From contig OY762825.2 of NCBI GenBank assembly GCA_963666425.2, forward strand, positions 1,888,001 to 1,952,000: 64,000 nt of DNA, read 5' to 3'. This DNA comes from Bacillota bacterium (GTDB lineage Bacteria; Bacillota; JAAYKD01). The notes under the pieces are model-generated. The model had not been told where the DNA came from. It searched no databases and worked only from the letters and a program-made list of their open reading frames with translations. Of this stretch, positions 21,001-27,963 are shown one piece after another (position 1 is the stretch's first letter; every line of letters begins with the position of its first letter). The position numbers and the translations under genes were made by a program.

Positions 21001-21621
21001 GATTACGTGGGAGACCATAGTGAGTGCGCGACAGCAGACCGGTTTATGGCTTTCGCCATTTTTGGCAATGTCCAAACGCTGACAGTTCCTGCCACCGCTG
21101 CTTTCCAACGCTATGAAATGTGGAATAGTCCAGCCAATGTCAACTTGGTTTTCGAAACACCGGGTATTGCGGTTCCTTATTTGGTGATTATCGGTGGTGA
21201 CAATGAAAATTGCCTTAGTTCTTTTGTGCCGAGCGGTATTGTTGATTCGGATGTGATTATCATCAACAATGTCAATGCGGCCAATTTGACAGTGACAGAG
21301 GGACACATCATCTATTATCCTGATTTGGGCGGTGCAGCCGATAAGACTGCTTTGATCAGTGCGCTGGAGACAGCAGGAACGAATTTTTCTTTGGCGATGG
21401 TAAGCGAAACCGGCGCGGATATTCTAACTACTTTCTCATGGGTGACTCCATCGGCCTTTGCAGCTTATCAAATTGCGGTGCAGCAAGCTCAGTCTGTTGC
21501 CGAAAACGGCAGCGCCACGCAAGCAGAGGTCGACGCTGCGGTCAGCGCCTTGAATTTGGCAACCGATAGTTTTAATGACTCAAAACAGCAGGGCACTATG
21601 GTCATGATCCCTCCGGTCTAG
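9028..21621 (+). CDS. Giant (~4,197 aa) multi-SLH cell-surface protein with Ig-like, beta-rich repeat and FIVAR-like domains
   Basis: Signal peptide MKWSKQVIVAIW...AVFA. Two bacterial Ig-like group 3-type units (PPRKTTYKVNETMDYSGM, PAKLTYQIGEPLDLGGG). About six SLH blocks (LSRAETA, LTRSETA, MTRAEFA, LTRSDVA, LTRAEIA; FxD...LAKAG..GD.G.F.P). C-terminal DKTAL...ATQAEVDAA FIVAR-like unit. Confidence 0.9.
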   Translation: MKWSKQVIVAIWMSCLLGVLLPLSGAVFAAVPTLAITESNILNGTVTVSGTLSEAGSGQLLIAVYTTDGKMTDVKDVTSDAADGNWSITLEFPGASLRCVKAFLLANSQEGYHPLLTAEEMITSGMLLTIDTAGSYSGQYANVTITDAVGTAPVTLLDMDISGNLTIGGGIAPESLGLLTAASQTVSLTGSTSVAGKVVLNRQGASAQPLQLILEEQAHIQSAEVLGSAGAVIASLTETENTINSITAGQNLQLINTKVGQLTALAGNLQALQVGLYQSEVQNLTVAQAAGATPVSATLGKQVSTFAAAEALFDDLRTARIGAEETLYLNAENKVSVIEGSQALQLQQISEVGSVTMTAALQTDAETSVTALTTNADAVIAGRLQSAQMNAASLDSAPNLTLLGSGVTTLSGKIKKLTLGGEATAILTASTNGENEIGSVEMQTSEPAMQSLSLNLLALSASSGPSFTVMSGSGVGGILTSGSGNLGGISILNGTGSFVPIHLGPGVFAQFVQFGNNSGGQLTLGGTDNQNGQLGALINNSPMPSQLFLPAGSSQSNLISNVFDSNISSGLQMRIGETAPVVPASNNDLAFVGMNIVEPPRKTTYKVNETMDYSGMMVELIYLPGASSVIRTPIVRYEEVKGNQNFLTDLPLLNSAGSYTLQVTHRESQQSVDFLINVVNAYEVEKIRIVQYPAKLTYQIGEPLDLGGGVLAVTYQGITGEQIVPMMTDNQLTDGLVVIGFNSTNPSPQRVQLIFGRRAIVDLDVVVGGKSTLENYRTAALAFITASEANAGLYSNPELTTYNNVLSLMKGLITQAETTDSISYAWEMIEKVIRPLKTNEEKLQLQLSAAREAGYIEIEEYWPINPATQMPYSSADYSSAMLYKIRNIRLIGSRSVSDALTLAEINGELGLIRQTKAKIDAIPRISSSLDIVLAAVSDFSLTIKTGLSFDEKIQLVKENVSRQMISAGGNPLWSVLVTDLGSGSNTVQIADGSGHLSSVKTITVSLTEIETRGSLVITLANHLQGKFSFLPLNADAVIAETENFVETINMTAEQKTAFAFLSYYHLLNGRGQIGNQQIMDPNATINRADFIFLLTALEEAMGVRLPETVTIAAISDLSAENPLYQKALHLARAGVITLGTGETLHPNDSLVSAASDECLSAVDNLIAALSSVISSAETSEQFQTALTDTLIQKIVTAGNFVIDTNDPLNKQLFVTAGTTLTVAADSVFTIDTAQCTVMGTMINEGAIHVTVNGSLSFMAGSVLTNNNSVDVYGRADFQSGSTINGSNTRITYHHNANLLDAAQQIYAQLKDGYRLDLPSQTDINAYAAFYTDWSSITAEPTENIMALAFLLKNQLIVGVPGLGDDVQKISIKPYASLSRAETAMLLIRLETVLIEKATITGLDQTVVLNPVFNDLNGEEAYYDAVLRLAKAGVVQGDTQGNFNPNAAMDATWYTWGSPLSDLVRRFVTALGQIASEQQSFTVLRSETQVIENRRFTNKVSIVCGTPVSTDDYGGSIRFSNCTFAAGLTAEVGLIRYDIDLGMAAVVGGIQVNRSPDNKKFQQNVSVNLNNVAVGTEISSDAVAAVNCGIAAGSFVINGVTVSGAADLGEQGSFGAHLKWECYAPHAESYQGDHSECSGNQFTALAFYDAVEKVEVSAGAAFQNYEMWNNRDDISLNFPAEGVTVSMDRLRINNRNQEFNKTLILSGQVLGDVEISGKVDLSALLNPSHQIYLAAWNNGNQIAIGSQTVTVSGQSDYKTSVQAENGATVIVEQSRQDVVVNDAADNAFSLGGPHIFGDVGNYGIYLMGAPLPAGSYLLEQRTMNAEQEPIWTTINYRMDSIFAENKTHLIPDPATPITDPSAVRLTVHWQPDADTEITIVWPALYYKQAASNRIDLAKRLYAALGEGYGLAAITGGTAEVETLLSGFEEWPQLANEGEGAEALAFLVKNGILNPTAGTNLLPYNDLTRSETAVILYQAIIAMNRLIGLDQSVNISFHDVIAEQTPNFMAIMTLAKAGIVSGDNQGNFYPNERMLSNQIGELITRFVNALGEVARTDSAITSFTVSAAASQPIRNKNFLQTVTIDCVSIAAQVENGWGGRLTFENCNFSRGLILILSEASYGVELGGAAVAEGIQIVPQSNTVPNRFNNQLRLNLSGLADAAVVTSTVGASVNSQVMGGQFTLNHVLVRSTADLGEANYFGAYLRWECYDQHIEQYQGDHSECDPSYQFTTLGTDRSVASLTVDKTAEFQRYEFSNSLNDVQLLFDPDGVPVTMDRMRIIGCNTNGELNTVLVSGLLQGSVEAEGRVDLTNLAVASGAALTAATWSENTEINLGSHAITLVGNGGKTVGIAAVNGATVCFEQAGQKANITNSEAALFEINYAEVLESETGYWLTLNTGNGSDYSYRLEQGSYDQQTQQESWSPLSFTTEVYSGSIHTDLMPSAETPITNPNQVRLIVTWTQGSDTITVVWQRVFYQMPKAKISDAAKQIYQLFQTDYKLLTVNDDDLARYAADYSDWTMMNEDGETRAAVAFLLKNGILSGTAAEDNLTYLNPYQEMTRAEFAKQLFALVNALSGNGTLPGGLAVLSPNLTFSDVVNEAPYYEAVMSMAKAGILSGDNGRFCPDELVLRDDLNGILKGLQTAVGPVVSTQNLFTVNRNQEQTVENKIFSPNTPVVITSAAREGSDAWGGQITFVNCQFNGGLQAMLGNVHYNVNFTGTTTVKDNRIDVSASVLNANYKFDGSVNVQFSGLPESVGVVSSVAASVASNLGGGSVTLNGIKTTGADQIGTTEWFTANLYWECNGYHTADYAGNHAECIKNPRDVIPVPADHYLTYAINGKVKSVTVLPSETTPLQTEICSFRVAEVLDDVSLALGSLQPSLGFFNLNGNTSGLLTVSGNVIGETVVCGKVDITALTHPGYAILIGAWQDNTAVVIGSQTVTVAGYNSKPVIIAALSGAVVKLEQASQAVKINAADPDGGFQPGIPQVFDTDTGFGINLGKLYTLPEYSFEIWQNYYDNDSMQEIRAQVSFTSETSPDQLSTYLLSNEIRNPYQLELTVRRTAPSGTISVIWQQLDYKQAAATLSQAAKLLCQAFRQDYRLAEPTVDELTAYAAYADWSLMAADADAQAAMAFLLCNHVITATAGSGEDANKFFVDPNRSLTRSDVAVLVYNLSEQLKAVGILPNGLPQDVAPNSSFSDVTAADAFYTAVMTLAKAGLLSGDNGQFYPTGEVSADDVGRLINALQSIIGPISSGQTNFIVSKNQTQTVQSKTFSEAVTVTCEPGQSGDWGGEIRFTDCSFNGGMTVKLGDISYAVNLDGVTLLNQTIHAELDERIQPAPVQLNSQLQIQINGVATGTIINSTVNVNVSAAADCTGFQLNGVEMTKAAAAQASDPFGAQIMWECNGDHADGYNGNHADCIKDRNNPGSGLAEHYLSLLLWGKTGSATVINPENGQYAIYRYEMTQDCTCASLSLGNITPAIGYLFLTSSTTANCAVSGTVTGDLVVIGNYDILAVIVTRYVLLSASWARDSLVSIGAKEVTITNNGNTTIGINASDGARINVEQPDQYFVINQAEPGSGFAIGIPHVFGDAGNYGVYVGTANATEYTYTLEQILYDENHPDGYGQPLMVTPEYFADKTHLNPSVSTPITDPNNVRLTVTWTKNNQVIMVVYAWLNYLPPTIGRVDAAMKIYAAFQDGYDLAAPTSGEISNYSLSYSVDWAAMSANEQAAMAFLLKHGLISGAANEIKPYNMLTRAEIAVILDQLDTLIAYHLVRTKTAPAFTDLTGNEAYYTAVIKMVETGVITDYEGTRFAPDNGVPEELMQEYLMNFVSLIPFVQLESTLGSFVASSDFKQVINNKNFITPVTITCDTLYDPAVEYNWGGNIVFNNCSFSEGLTLILDTISFDVDLRGANVPGGINLVAGSSLDPLDGDKSITLYSLANGTTVTSAVNCMIENYCVGDWYTLNLVKVQSIPPTGNEMNYHFGSNIYWNCGADHPKDYVGDHSECATADRFMAFAIFGNVQTLTVPATAAFQRYEMWNSPANVNLVFETPGIAVPYLVIIGGDNENCLSSFVPSGIVDSDVIIINNVNAANLTVTEGHIIYYPDLGGAADKTALISALETAGTNFSLAMVSETGADILTTFSWVTPSAFAAYQIAVQQAQSVAENGSATQAEVDAAVSALNLATDSFNDSKQQGTMVMIPPV
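12920..21330 (+). repeat. Five diverged ~1.76-1.80-kb intragenic repeat modules (SLH block plus beta-rich domain with Cys/His loop); the last is shortened
   Basis: The motif W(E/N)C-x3-H-x7-H-x2-C starts at 13882, 15637, 17413, 19213 and 20974 (periods 1755, 1776, 1800, 1761 bp). GG.I.F.NC.F..GL recurs in each unit. Confidence 0.85.
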
Positions 21622-21714
21622 CAGGAAGATTATCTGCCTGCCTGGCGGTTACTCCTGCCTCATCGTGTTATCGCGCTGCTTTTAAGATCACTTAACTGAA
21701 CTCTAATTCTTTTT

Positions 21715-21764
21715 AGCCTCTCCCCGCAGCCGGTCAACACCTGCCGCAGGGAGAGGCTTGTTTT
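21715..21764 (+). terminator. Intrinsic terminator after the giant surface protein gene
   Basis: agcctctccccgc...gcagggagaggct inverted repeat followed by tgtttt. Confidence 0.65.
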
Positions 21765-21889
21765 CAAAGCAGAGGTCACAAGAAGCGACCTAAGATTTTT
21801 CGACTGGCGAAAGGAAATCCGGTTTGTTCCGGCGAAATATCATAGAGAAGGGTAAATAGATACCCAAATCTTGAAGGGAGTCGATTCAG

Positions 21890-23908
21890 ATGAACAAGCG
21901 TCCCATTACCATAGACGATTTTATGGGAATGAAGTTTCCCGGTGACTGCCAACTCAGCCCGGATGGTCAGCATATCGTTTATGTGCACACAACTATGGAT
22001 CTCGAGAAGAATGGTTACAAGAGTACTCTCTGGCTGCTCGACAAAACCAATGAAGGTTGGAGTGCGCCGCATCAATTCACCTATCATCAAAGCAGCGATA
22101 AATTGTTCCGCGACACCGCTCCCCGCTGGACTGCTTGCGGCAACGGCATTTACTTTATGTCCAATCGCAGCGGCAAGAATCAGCTCTGGATCATCGCTCT
22201 GGATGGCGGCGAAGCCAAACAAGTGACCACCTGGGAAGAGGGGTTAGGCGGACTCGTTTGGAATCCTGCCAACAGCAACGAAGTTGCCTTCTCATCCTTC
22301 GTTCCCGGCACCAAACCGGAACAAAAGAATAAAGATATGCGCGTGATCACCAAGCTGCGTTACAAATTCAACGGCATGGGTTTTCTCGATCCCCGCAACA
22401 AACATCTCTTTGTGATGAATCTGAAAACCGGTGAATTTAAACAGATCACCGACGGCAAATTCAGTGAAGTGTCTCCTGCCTGGAGTCCGGACGGTAAGAA
22501 ACTGGCTTTTGTCAGCTCCCGCTTGGAAGACGATGAGATCAATGAAATCAGCAACGTCTGGACCGTTGACATCGCCAGCGGCGAGATCAAAGCGGTCAGC
22601 AACAGCGAAGGCACCGCTCATGATCCGCTCTTCTCTCCGGATGGCAAATGGATTGCCTACCTCGGTCATGAAAAAGGACAAGGTAAAAACGGCGTCAACA
22701 CCAGCATTCTGGTTCGTTCCGTTGAGGGCGGCGCAGCAAAAAATCTAACGGAGCCGTTTGATTATACGGTTGGCAACAACTGCGGCGGCGATGCCAGAGC
22801 CGATGGCGGCAGCGGCGCTTATGCCTGGGTTGGCGACAGTTCAGCCATTTATGCTCTGATTACGGTAGCGGGCGAAACCAATCTCTATCGTTTCGACTTG
22901 AACGACGGCAGCCAAGCGATGGTCACCACCGGCAAACATGCAATCACCAGTTTCAGCGCGGCACCTGCTTTAACCAAAGACGGCAACATGCCGGTCGCCT
23001 ATGTTCTGGACTGCTCGGTTTGCGCCAGCAATATCTATTATAAAGCACCGGAAATGGAAAAAGGTATTCGCTTGACCGAACTCAATCAGGCTTTACTGAA
23101 TGAAGTCTATGTCGCCAAGATGGAACCGATTTCCACGATCAGCCGCGATCAGGTTGAAGTCCACGGCTGGCTGATCAAACCGATCAATTTAGACCCCAAT
23201 CAGAAATATCCTTTGATCCTGGATATTCATGGCGGCCCTTACGGTGCTTCCGGCTACGCTTATTTCTTTGAATATCAGTTAATGGCTGCCAACGGCTATG
23301 CCGTTTTAATCAGCAATCCGCGCGGCTCCGCCACCTATGGTGAGAAACATGCGCTGGGCGTAATTGGTGACTGGGGCGGCGGTGATTATGCCGATTTGAT
23401 GAATATCACCGACCAGGCCTTGAAGGACAATACTTGGCTCGATGCCAATCGCTGCGGTGTGATCGGCGGTTCTTACGGTGGTTATATGACCAACTGGATG
23501 ATCACCCAGACCAATCGTTTCAAAGCAGCTGTTTCCCTGCGTTCCATCTCCAATATCTACACAAAATATGGCGTATCCGATATTGGCTGGGTTGGCAACA
23601 AGTCCGGTATGGGCGGTGTCGATCTTTGGGATAAAGGCGGCGAAGAATTTATCATGTCGCGCAGCCCAATCCGTTATGCTCCCAATGTCAAGACCCCTGT
23701 TTTATTTATGCAGTCCGAAGAAGATTATCGCTGCACCATGGAACAAGCCGAACAGTTCTATGTCGCTTTGATGCGGCTGGGCAACAAGTGCGAATTCGTC
23801 CGCTTTGCCGGCGAAAATCATGAGCTTTCCCGCAGCGGCAAACCGATGAACCGTCAAGATCGCCTACGTCAGATTATGCGTTGGTTCGATACCTATCTGA
23901 TGAAATAA
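21890..23908 (+). CDS. S9 family peptidase (acylaminoacyl/dipeptidyl peptidase)
   Basis: Beta-propeller SPDG repeats, IHGGP, nucleophile motif GGSYGG, catalytic Asp in EDYRC and His in ENHELSRSG. Confidence 0.96.
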   Translation: MNKRPITIDDFMGMKFPGDCQLSPDGQHIVYVHTTMDLEKNGYKSTLWLLDKTNEGWSAPHQFTYHQSSDKLFRDTAPRWTACGNGIYFMSNRSGKNQLWIIALDGGEAKQVTTWEEGLGGLVWNPANSNEVAFSSFVPGTKPEQKNKDMRVITKLRYKFNGMGFLDPRNKHLFVMNLKTGEFKQITDGKFSEVSPAWSPDGKKLAFVSSRLEDDEINEISNVWTVDIASGEIKAVSNSEGTAHDPLFSPDGKWIAYLGHEKGQGKNGVNTSILVRSVEGGAAKNLTEPFDYTVGNNCGGDARADGGSGAYAWVGDSSAIYALITVAGETNLYRFDLNDGSQAMVTTGKHAITSFSAAPALTKDGNMPVAYVLDCSVCASNIYYKAPEMEKGIRLTELNQALLNEVYVAKMEPISTISRDQVEVHGWLIKPINLDPNQKYPLILDIHGGPYGASGYAYFFEYQLMAANGYAVLISNPRGSATYGEKHALGVIGDWGGGDYADLMNITDQALKDNTWLDANRCGVIGGSYGGYMTNWMITQTNRFKAAVSLRSISNIYTKYGVSDIGWVGNKSGMGGVDLWDKGGEEFIMSRSPIRYAPNVKTPVLFMQSEEDYRCTMEQAEQFYVALMRLGNKCEFVRFAGENHELSRSGKPMNRQDRLRQIMRWFDTYLMK

Positions 23909-23966
23909 TCGCAAAAACAAAATATCTCTGCCTTCGGGCAGGAATGTCGCTCTGAGAAGCAGAATC

Positions 23967-24007
23967 AAAAAGGCGTATTGGTATGAACTTACCAATGCGC
24001 CTTTTTT
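23967..24007 (+). terminator. Intrinsic terminator
   Basis: aaaaaggcgtattggt...accaatgcgcctttttt hairpin. Confidence 0.75.
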
Positions 24008-24034
24008 AAATAACCAATAAAGGGGGAGATCAAT

Positions 24035-24437
24035 ATGAAAAGCAAATTAATCAGTGGAACGCATCACATCGCTTTAAAAACTCAAGGGGAGGTTGAATTT
24101 CGGCAAGCAGTTGATTTTTATGCGGGTCTGCTTGGCTTGCAGGAAATCAGATCCTGGCAGAATGGCAATGACTGCGGTGTGATGCTGTCAACCGGTAATA
24201 GCATAATAGAAATCACTTCAAACGGCAAGGCGGCAGCATCTCAAGGCAGTATTCGGCACTTTCGCTTTAGCGACTCAAGACGAGGATGCCTGTATTCGGT
24301 TGGTTCGGGAAGCCGGCTACCCAATTGTGATGGAGCCAAAAGATGTAGTGATTGCTTCTGATCCGGCATATCCAATTCGAATTGGTTTTTGCCTGGGGCC
24401 GGTTGGAGAAGAAATCGAGTTTTTCTGTGAAAAATAA
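24035..24437 (+). pseudogene. VOC/glyoxalase family protein with a +1 frameshift at ~24260 (or a sequencing error)
   Basis: N-terminal THHIALK. Removing one T from cac-ttt-cgc restores HFALATQDEDACIRLVREAGYPIVMEPK...GPVGEEIEFFCEK* ending at TAA 24435-24437. Confidence 0.8.
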
Positions 24438-24510
24438 AGTAAATTTTTAATCCGGCAGGAGTGTGCTTGTGGCAGTCTCCTACAGAGAATGATCAGAAAT
24501 GAGGAATGGA

Positions 24511-25581
24511 ATGATCGATCTTATTGAATATGGCTGGCGAGCGGAGGCTGCTGAGGCGGTAACCGTAAATCAGGGCTCGCTGCCGGCCAGAGTCATTTCG
24601 GTGCAGAAAGGTATTTTCCGTGTGGTCTGTCAAGAAGGAGAATGCAGCGCCAAATTGAAAGGAAAATTTTATCAAAACATCGCCACTGCCGGAGACGTTC
24701 CGGTGGTAGGGGATTTTGTTTGGCTGCGCTATCACGCCGACGGCGAATCGCTGATTGAAGCGCTGGTGGCGCGGCGCACGAAATTTTCGCGGCCGGATTT
24801 TTCCGGACATAAAGCAAATCACTTGAAAACAATCCTGGAACAGGTGATTGCCGCCAATTTTGATTACGTGTTTATCCTGACTTCCTTGAATTCGGATTTT
24901 AAAATCGGTAGGATAGAGCGTTATTTGAGCGTGGCGCGGCAAAGCGGTGCAGAGCCGGTGGTCGTGCTGACCAAGGCTGATACAAATCCGGCTTATGCCG
25001 AGTATGTAGCACAGGTGGAGCGCTTATCGGCTTCGCTGCCTGTGTTTGCGGTCAGTGTCAAATCCGGTCTCGGTTTGGCTCAATTGCAGCCTTACTTACA
25101 GCCGGGTAAAACGATTGTCTTTTTGGGATCTTCCGGCGTCGGGAAATCCAGCTTGGTCAATTGCCTGGCCGACGAAACGCTGATGCAGGTCCGGGATGTT
25201 CGTGAAAAAGATGCCAAGGGAAGGCATACGACCTCTCATCGTCAATTGTTTCGCATGCAGCAGGGCGGGTTGGTGATCGATACGCCGGGTATGCGTGAAT
25301 TGGGACTTTGGTATGCCGAAGAAGGAGTGCAGGATTTATTTGCCGATCTCGAGCAACTAAGCCGACAATGCCGCTTTTCTGACTGCAGCCATCAAAACGA
25401 GCCGGGCTGCGCGGTACAGGCAGCCTTGCGCAGCGGCCAACTGGAAGCGGAGCGCTGGCAGCGCTACCAACAGCTGCTGCAGGAGAACGCCTGGGGTATG
25501 GCCAAATCGGGTTATACCAAGAAGGAAATACTGCGGCAGAAGATTCATGGGCGCATCCCTCCGCCGAGCAGAGGAAAATAG
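24511..25581 (+). CDS. rsgA: Ribosome small subunit-dependent GTPase A
   Basis: Circularly permuted GTPase: TKAD, GSSGVGKSS, GRHTTS, DTPG, plus zinc motif CRFSDCSHQNEPGC. Confidence 0.95.
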   Translation: MIDLIEYGWRAEAAEAVTVNQGSLPARVISVQKGIFRVVCQEGECSAKLKGKFYQNIATAGDVPVVGDFVWLRYHADGESLIEALVARRTKFSRPDFSGHKANHLKTILEQVIAANFDYVFILTSLNSDFKIGRIERYLSVARQSGAEPVVVLTKADTNPAYAEYVAQVERLSASLPVFAVSVKSGLGLAQLQPYLQPGKTIVFLGSSGVGKSSLVNCLADETLMQVRDVREKDAKGRHTTSHRQLFRMQQGGLVIDTPGMRELGLWYAEEGVQDLFADLEQLSRQCRFSDCSHQNEPGCAVQAALRSGQLEAERWQRYQQLLQENAWGMAKSGYTKKEILRQKIHGRIPPPSRGK

Positions 25582-25599
25582 GGCAGAAACTTAACAACA

Positions 25600-25651
25600 A
25601 AAAGGAAGCACTCCGGCAGATCTGTTTTCTGTCGGGGCGCTTCCTCTTTTT
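25600..25651. terminator. Bidirectional terminator between rsgA and the xdh-like operon
   Basis: ggaagcactccggcaga...tctgtcggggcgcttcc inverted repeat between convergent genes, flanked by A and T tracts. Confidence 0.65.
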
Positions 25652-25661
25652 AATCAAATCT

Positions 25662-27963
25662 TTATTGCTGCAAGGCGCGGCGGGCCAGATAGATTTTCTC
25701 CGGTGTGATCGGCAGTTCCCGAATCCAGACGCCGGCAGCGTTGTGCACCGCGTGCGCGATGGCGGGCGGCGGTGTGGTGATCACAATCTCACCGATGGAT
25801 TTGGCGCCGAAAGGTCCGGAATGCTCATAACTGCTCTCAAAAGCGACCTGCAGTTGGCAGACATCCAGGCGGGAAGGAATCTTGTACTGCATCAGCGAGC
25901 TGTTCATAATATTCCCTTTGGCACCAAACTGCACGTCTTCATACATCGCCATGCCGATGCCCTGTACCAGACCGCCTTCAGCCTGCACGCGGGCGAGGTT
26001 GGGGTTGATCAATGTACCGCAGTCGATTACAGCCACATAATTGACCAGCTCATATTGGCAGGTTTTTTGATCCAGCTCGATCTCGGCAATGCCAACCATA
26101 TAAGGCGGCGGTGAAATTGGTGAGGCATGCGCTTCTGTAGCAAAAAGCGCGGTCTGGTTGTTGCACTGGGCGTAATAGGATAGCTCCTGCAGCGTCACGA
26201 TTTTTCCACTGGCTAAATCGCGAACCTGCCGGCCTTCGAAGACCAGCTGCTCTTCCGTGGCTGCCAGTTGTTCGGCGGCTAGTTTCAGCATGCGCTGCTT
26301 TAAGCGAATCGCAGGCTTTTACAACCGCCATGCCGGTGATGTAGGTGGTAGAAGAGGCATAGGAGCCGCTGTCGTAAGGAGAAGTATCGGTATCGACGCC
26401 GTCGACAATGATATCTTCCAGAGCGCATTCCAAAGATTCTGCCGCAATCTGAGCTAAAATGGTGTCGCAGCCGGTTCCCATATCGGTGGCGCCGATGGCC
26501 ATTGTATAAAATCCTTCGTCATTGAGCTTGATTGAGACAGTGCCGGTATCGACCGAAGCAATACCGGAGCCCTGCATGGCAAGGGAAATACCCAAAGCGC
26601 GCACTTTGCCATTGCCCAGATCACGCACGGGATATTTTGCGTCCCAACCGATCATTGTTTTGGCTTTGGCAAGGCAGCGGTCCAAGGCGCAAGAGGTGGC
26701 GGTTTCGCCGTAATAAGCCGGCATGAATTGGCCTTCGCGGACCATATTCATTTCGCGAATTTTTGCCGCATCCATGCCCAAGCGATCAGCCAGGTCGTTG
26801 ATGACCGATTCCAGAGCGAACGTGCCTTGGGTTGCGCCGTAACCACGGTAGGCGCCGGAAGCGATTTGATTGGTATAGACGACTTGATAGGTGAAACGGA
26901 AGGCTTCCAGGCTGCCGTAGAGAGAAATTGATTTATGACCGGATAAGCCGACCGTGGTGGGTCCATGTTCACCATAAGCGCCGGAGTTGGAGAGCGTATT
27001 GAGATCGATCGCCCGAATCTTGCCATCCCGATTGGCGCCAACCCGCACCTTAATTTCTGTTTCGTGCCGTGGTGAAGAAGCGATCTGCGATTCATAACGC
27101 GTGTAGACGATTTTAGCCGGCTTTTTGGTCTTCATCGTGACCAAAGCTGGGTACATTTCACAGACAGCCGATTGCTTGGCGCCAAAACCACCACCGATGC
27201 GCGGTTTGATCACCCGCAGGCGTGATTTGGCGATTTCCAGCGCTGTGGCTAAGATTCGGCGGACATGGAAGGGAATTTGGGTGGAGCTGACGACATTCAA
27301 ACGTCCGAATGCATCCAAGAAAGTGTAGCTGCGGAACGTTTCCATCATGACTTGTTGATTCTGTTTGGTGTGAAAGGTCGCTTCTGAGACCAGATCGCAG
27401 TCGGCCAAGACTGCTTCTACATCCTGCCAATCTTCAATCCCGCTGCAGACCAGGTTGCGTTTTTGATCGGCGCCGACCGGAACGAGCGTATGCCAATTCT
27501 CTTCCGGATGCACCAGCATCGCATGATCTTTGGCCAAACGGAAATCCAGAATTGGCTCCAAAACTTCGTAGTCTACTTTGATTTTCTGCATGGCGGCCAT
27601 CACCTGCTGTTCCGTATCACCGGCAACCAGAGCGACAGCATCACCGACAAAACGGACATGATCATCCAGAATACGGCGGTCATAGGGGCTGAATTCCGGA
27701 TAAGTTTGTCCTGCAATGGTGAAGCGGGTCATGGGAGCGTCTTCATGGGTTAGGACACACGCAATTCCCGGCATCGACAGCGCTTCTGCTTTGTCGACTG
27801 AGCGGATCAGAGCGTTGGCATGCGGAGAGCGCAGCACTTTCACAATCAGACAATGGCTGGGAGCCAGATCATCGGTATAGACCGGCTGACCGGTGACTAA
27901 CGCCATGGCGTCTTTTTTGATCGGTGAATGATTGACAATCTTCCAGCTCGAGGGGTCGCTCAT
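25662..27963 (-). pseudogene. Xanthine dehydrogenase-family molybdopterin-binding subunit, split by a +1 frameshift at ~26300 (or a sequencing error)
   Basis: IGGGFGAK, AYRGYG, DMGTG and SYASS motifs in ORF 26050-27963. The C-terminal part (QAEGGLVQGIG, GAKSIGE with the catalytic Glu) is in ORF 25662-26291. Removing one A from ctt-aaa-gca joins them as CDSLKQRMLKLAAE. Confidence 0.88.

Noticed and set aside
13882-21027. Cys/His motif as a multihaem cytochrome c signature
   Set aside because: The order is C-x3-H...H-x2-C, not CxxCH.
12920-21330. Giant-gene repeats as a DGR template/variable pair or a CRISPR-like array
   Set aside because: The repeats are long, in frame and diverged at all bases, not adenine-specifically. 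No reverse transcriptase or cas genes are present.
21622-21889. Possible riboswitch or ncRNA upstream of the S9 peptidase
   Set aside because: The region is explained by a terminator hairpin plus a sigma-H-like promoter; no T-box or riboswitch consensus was recognised.
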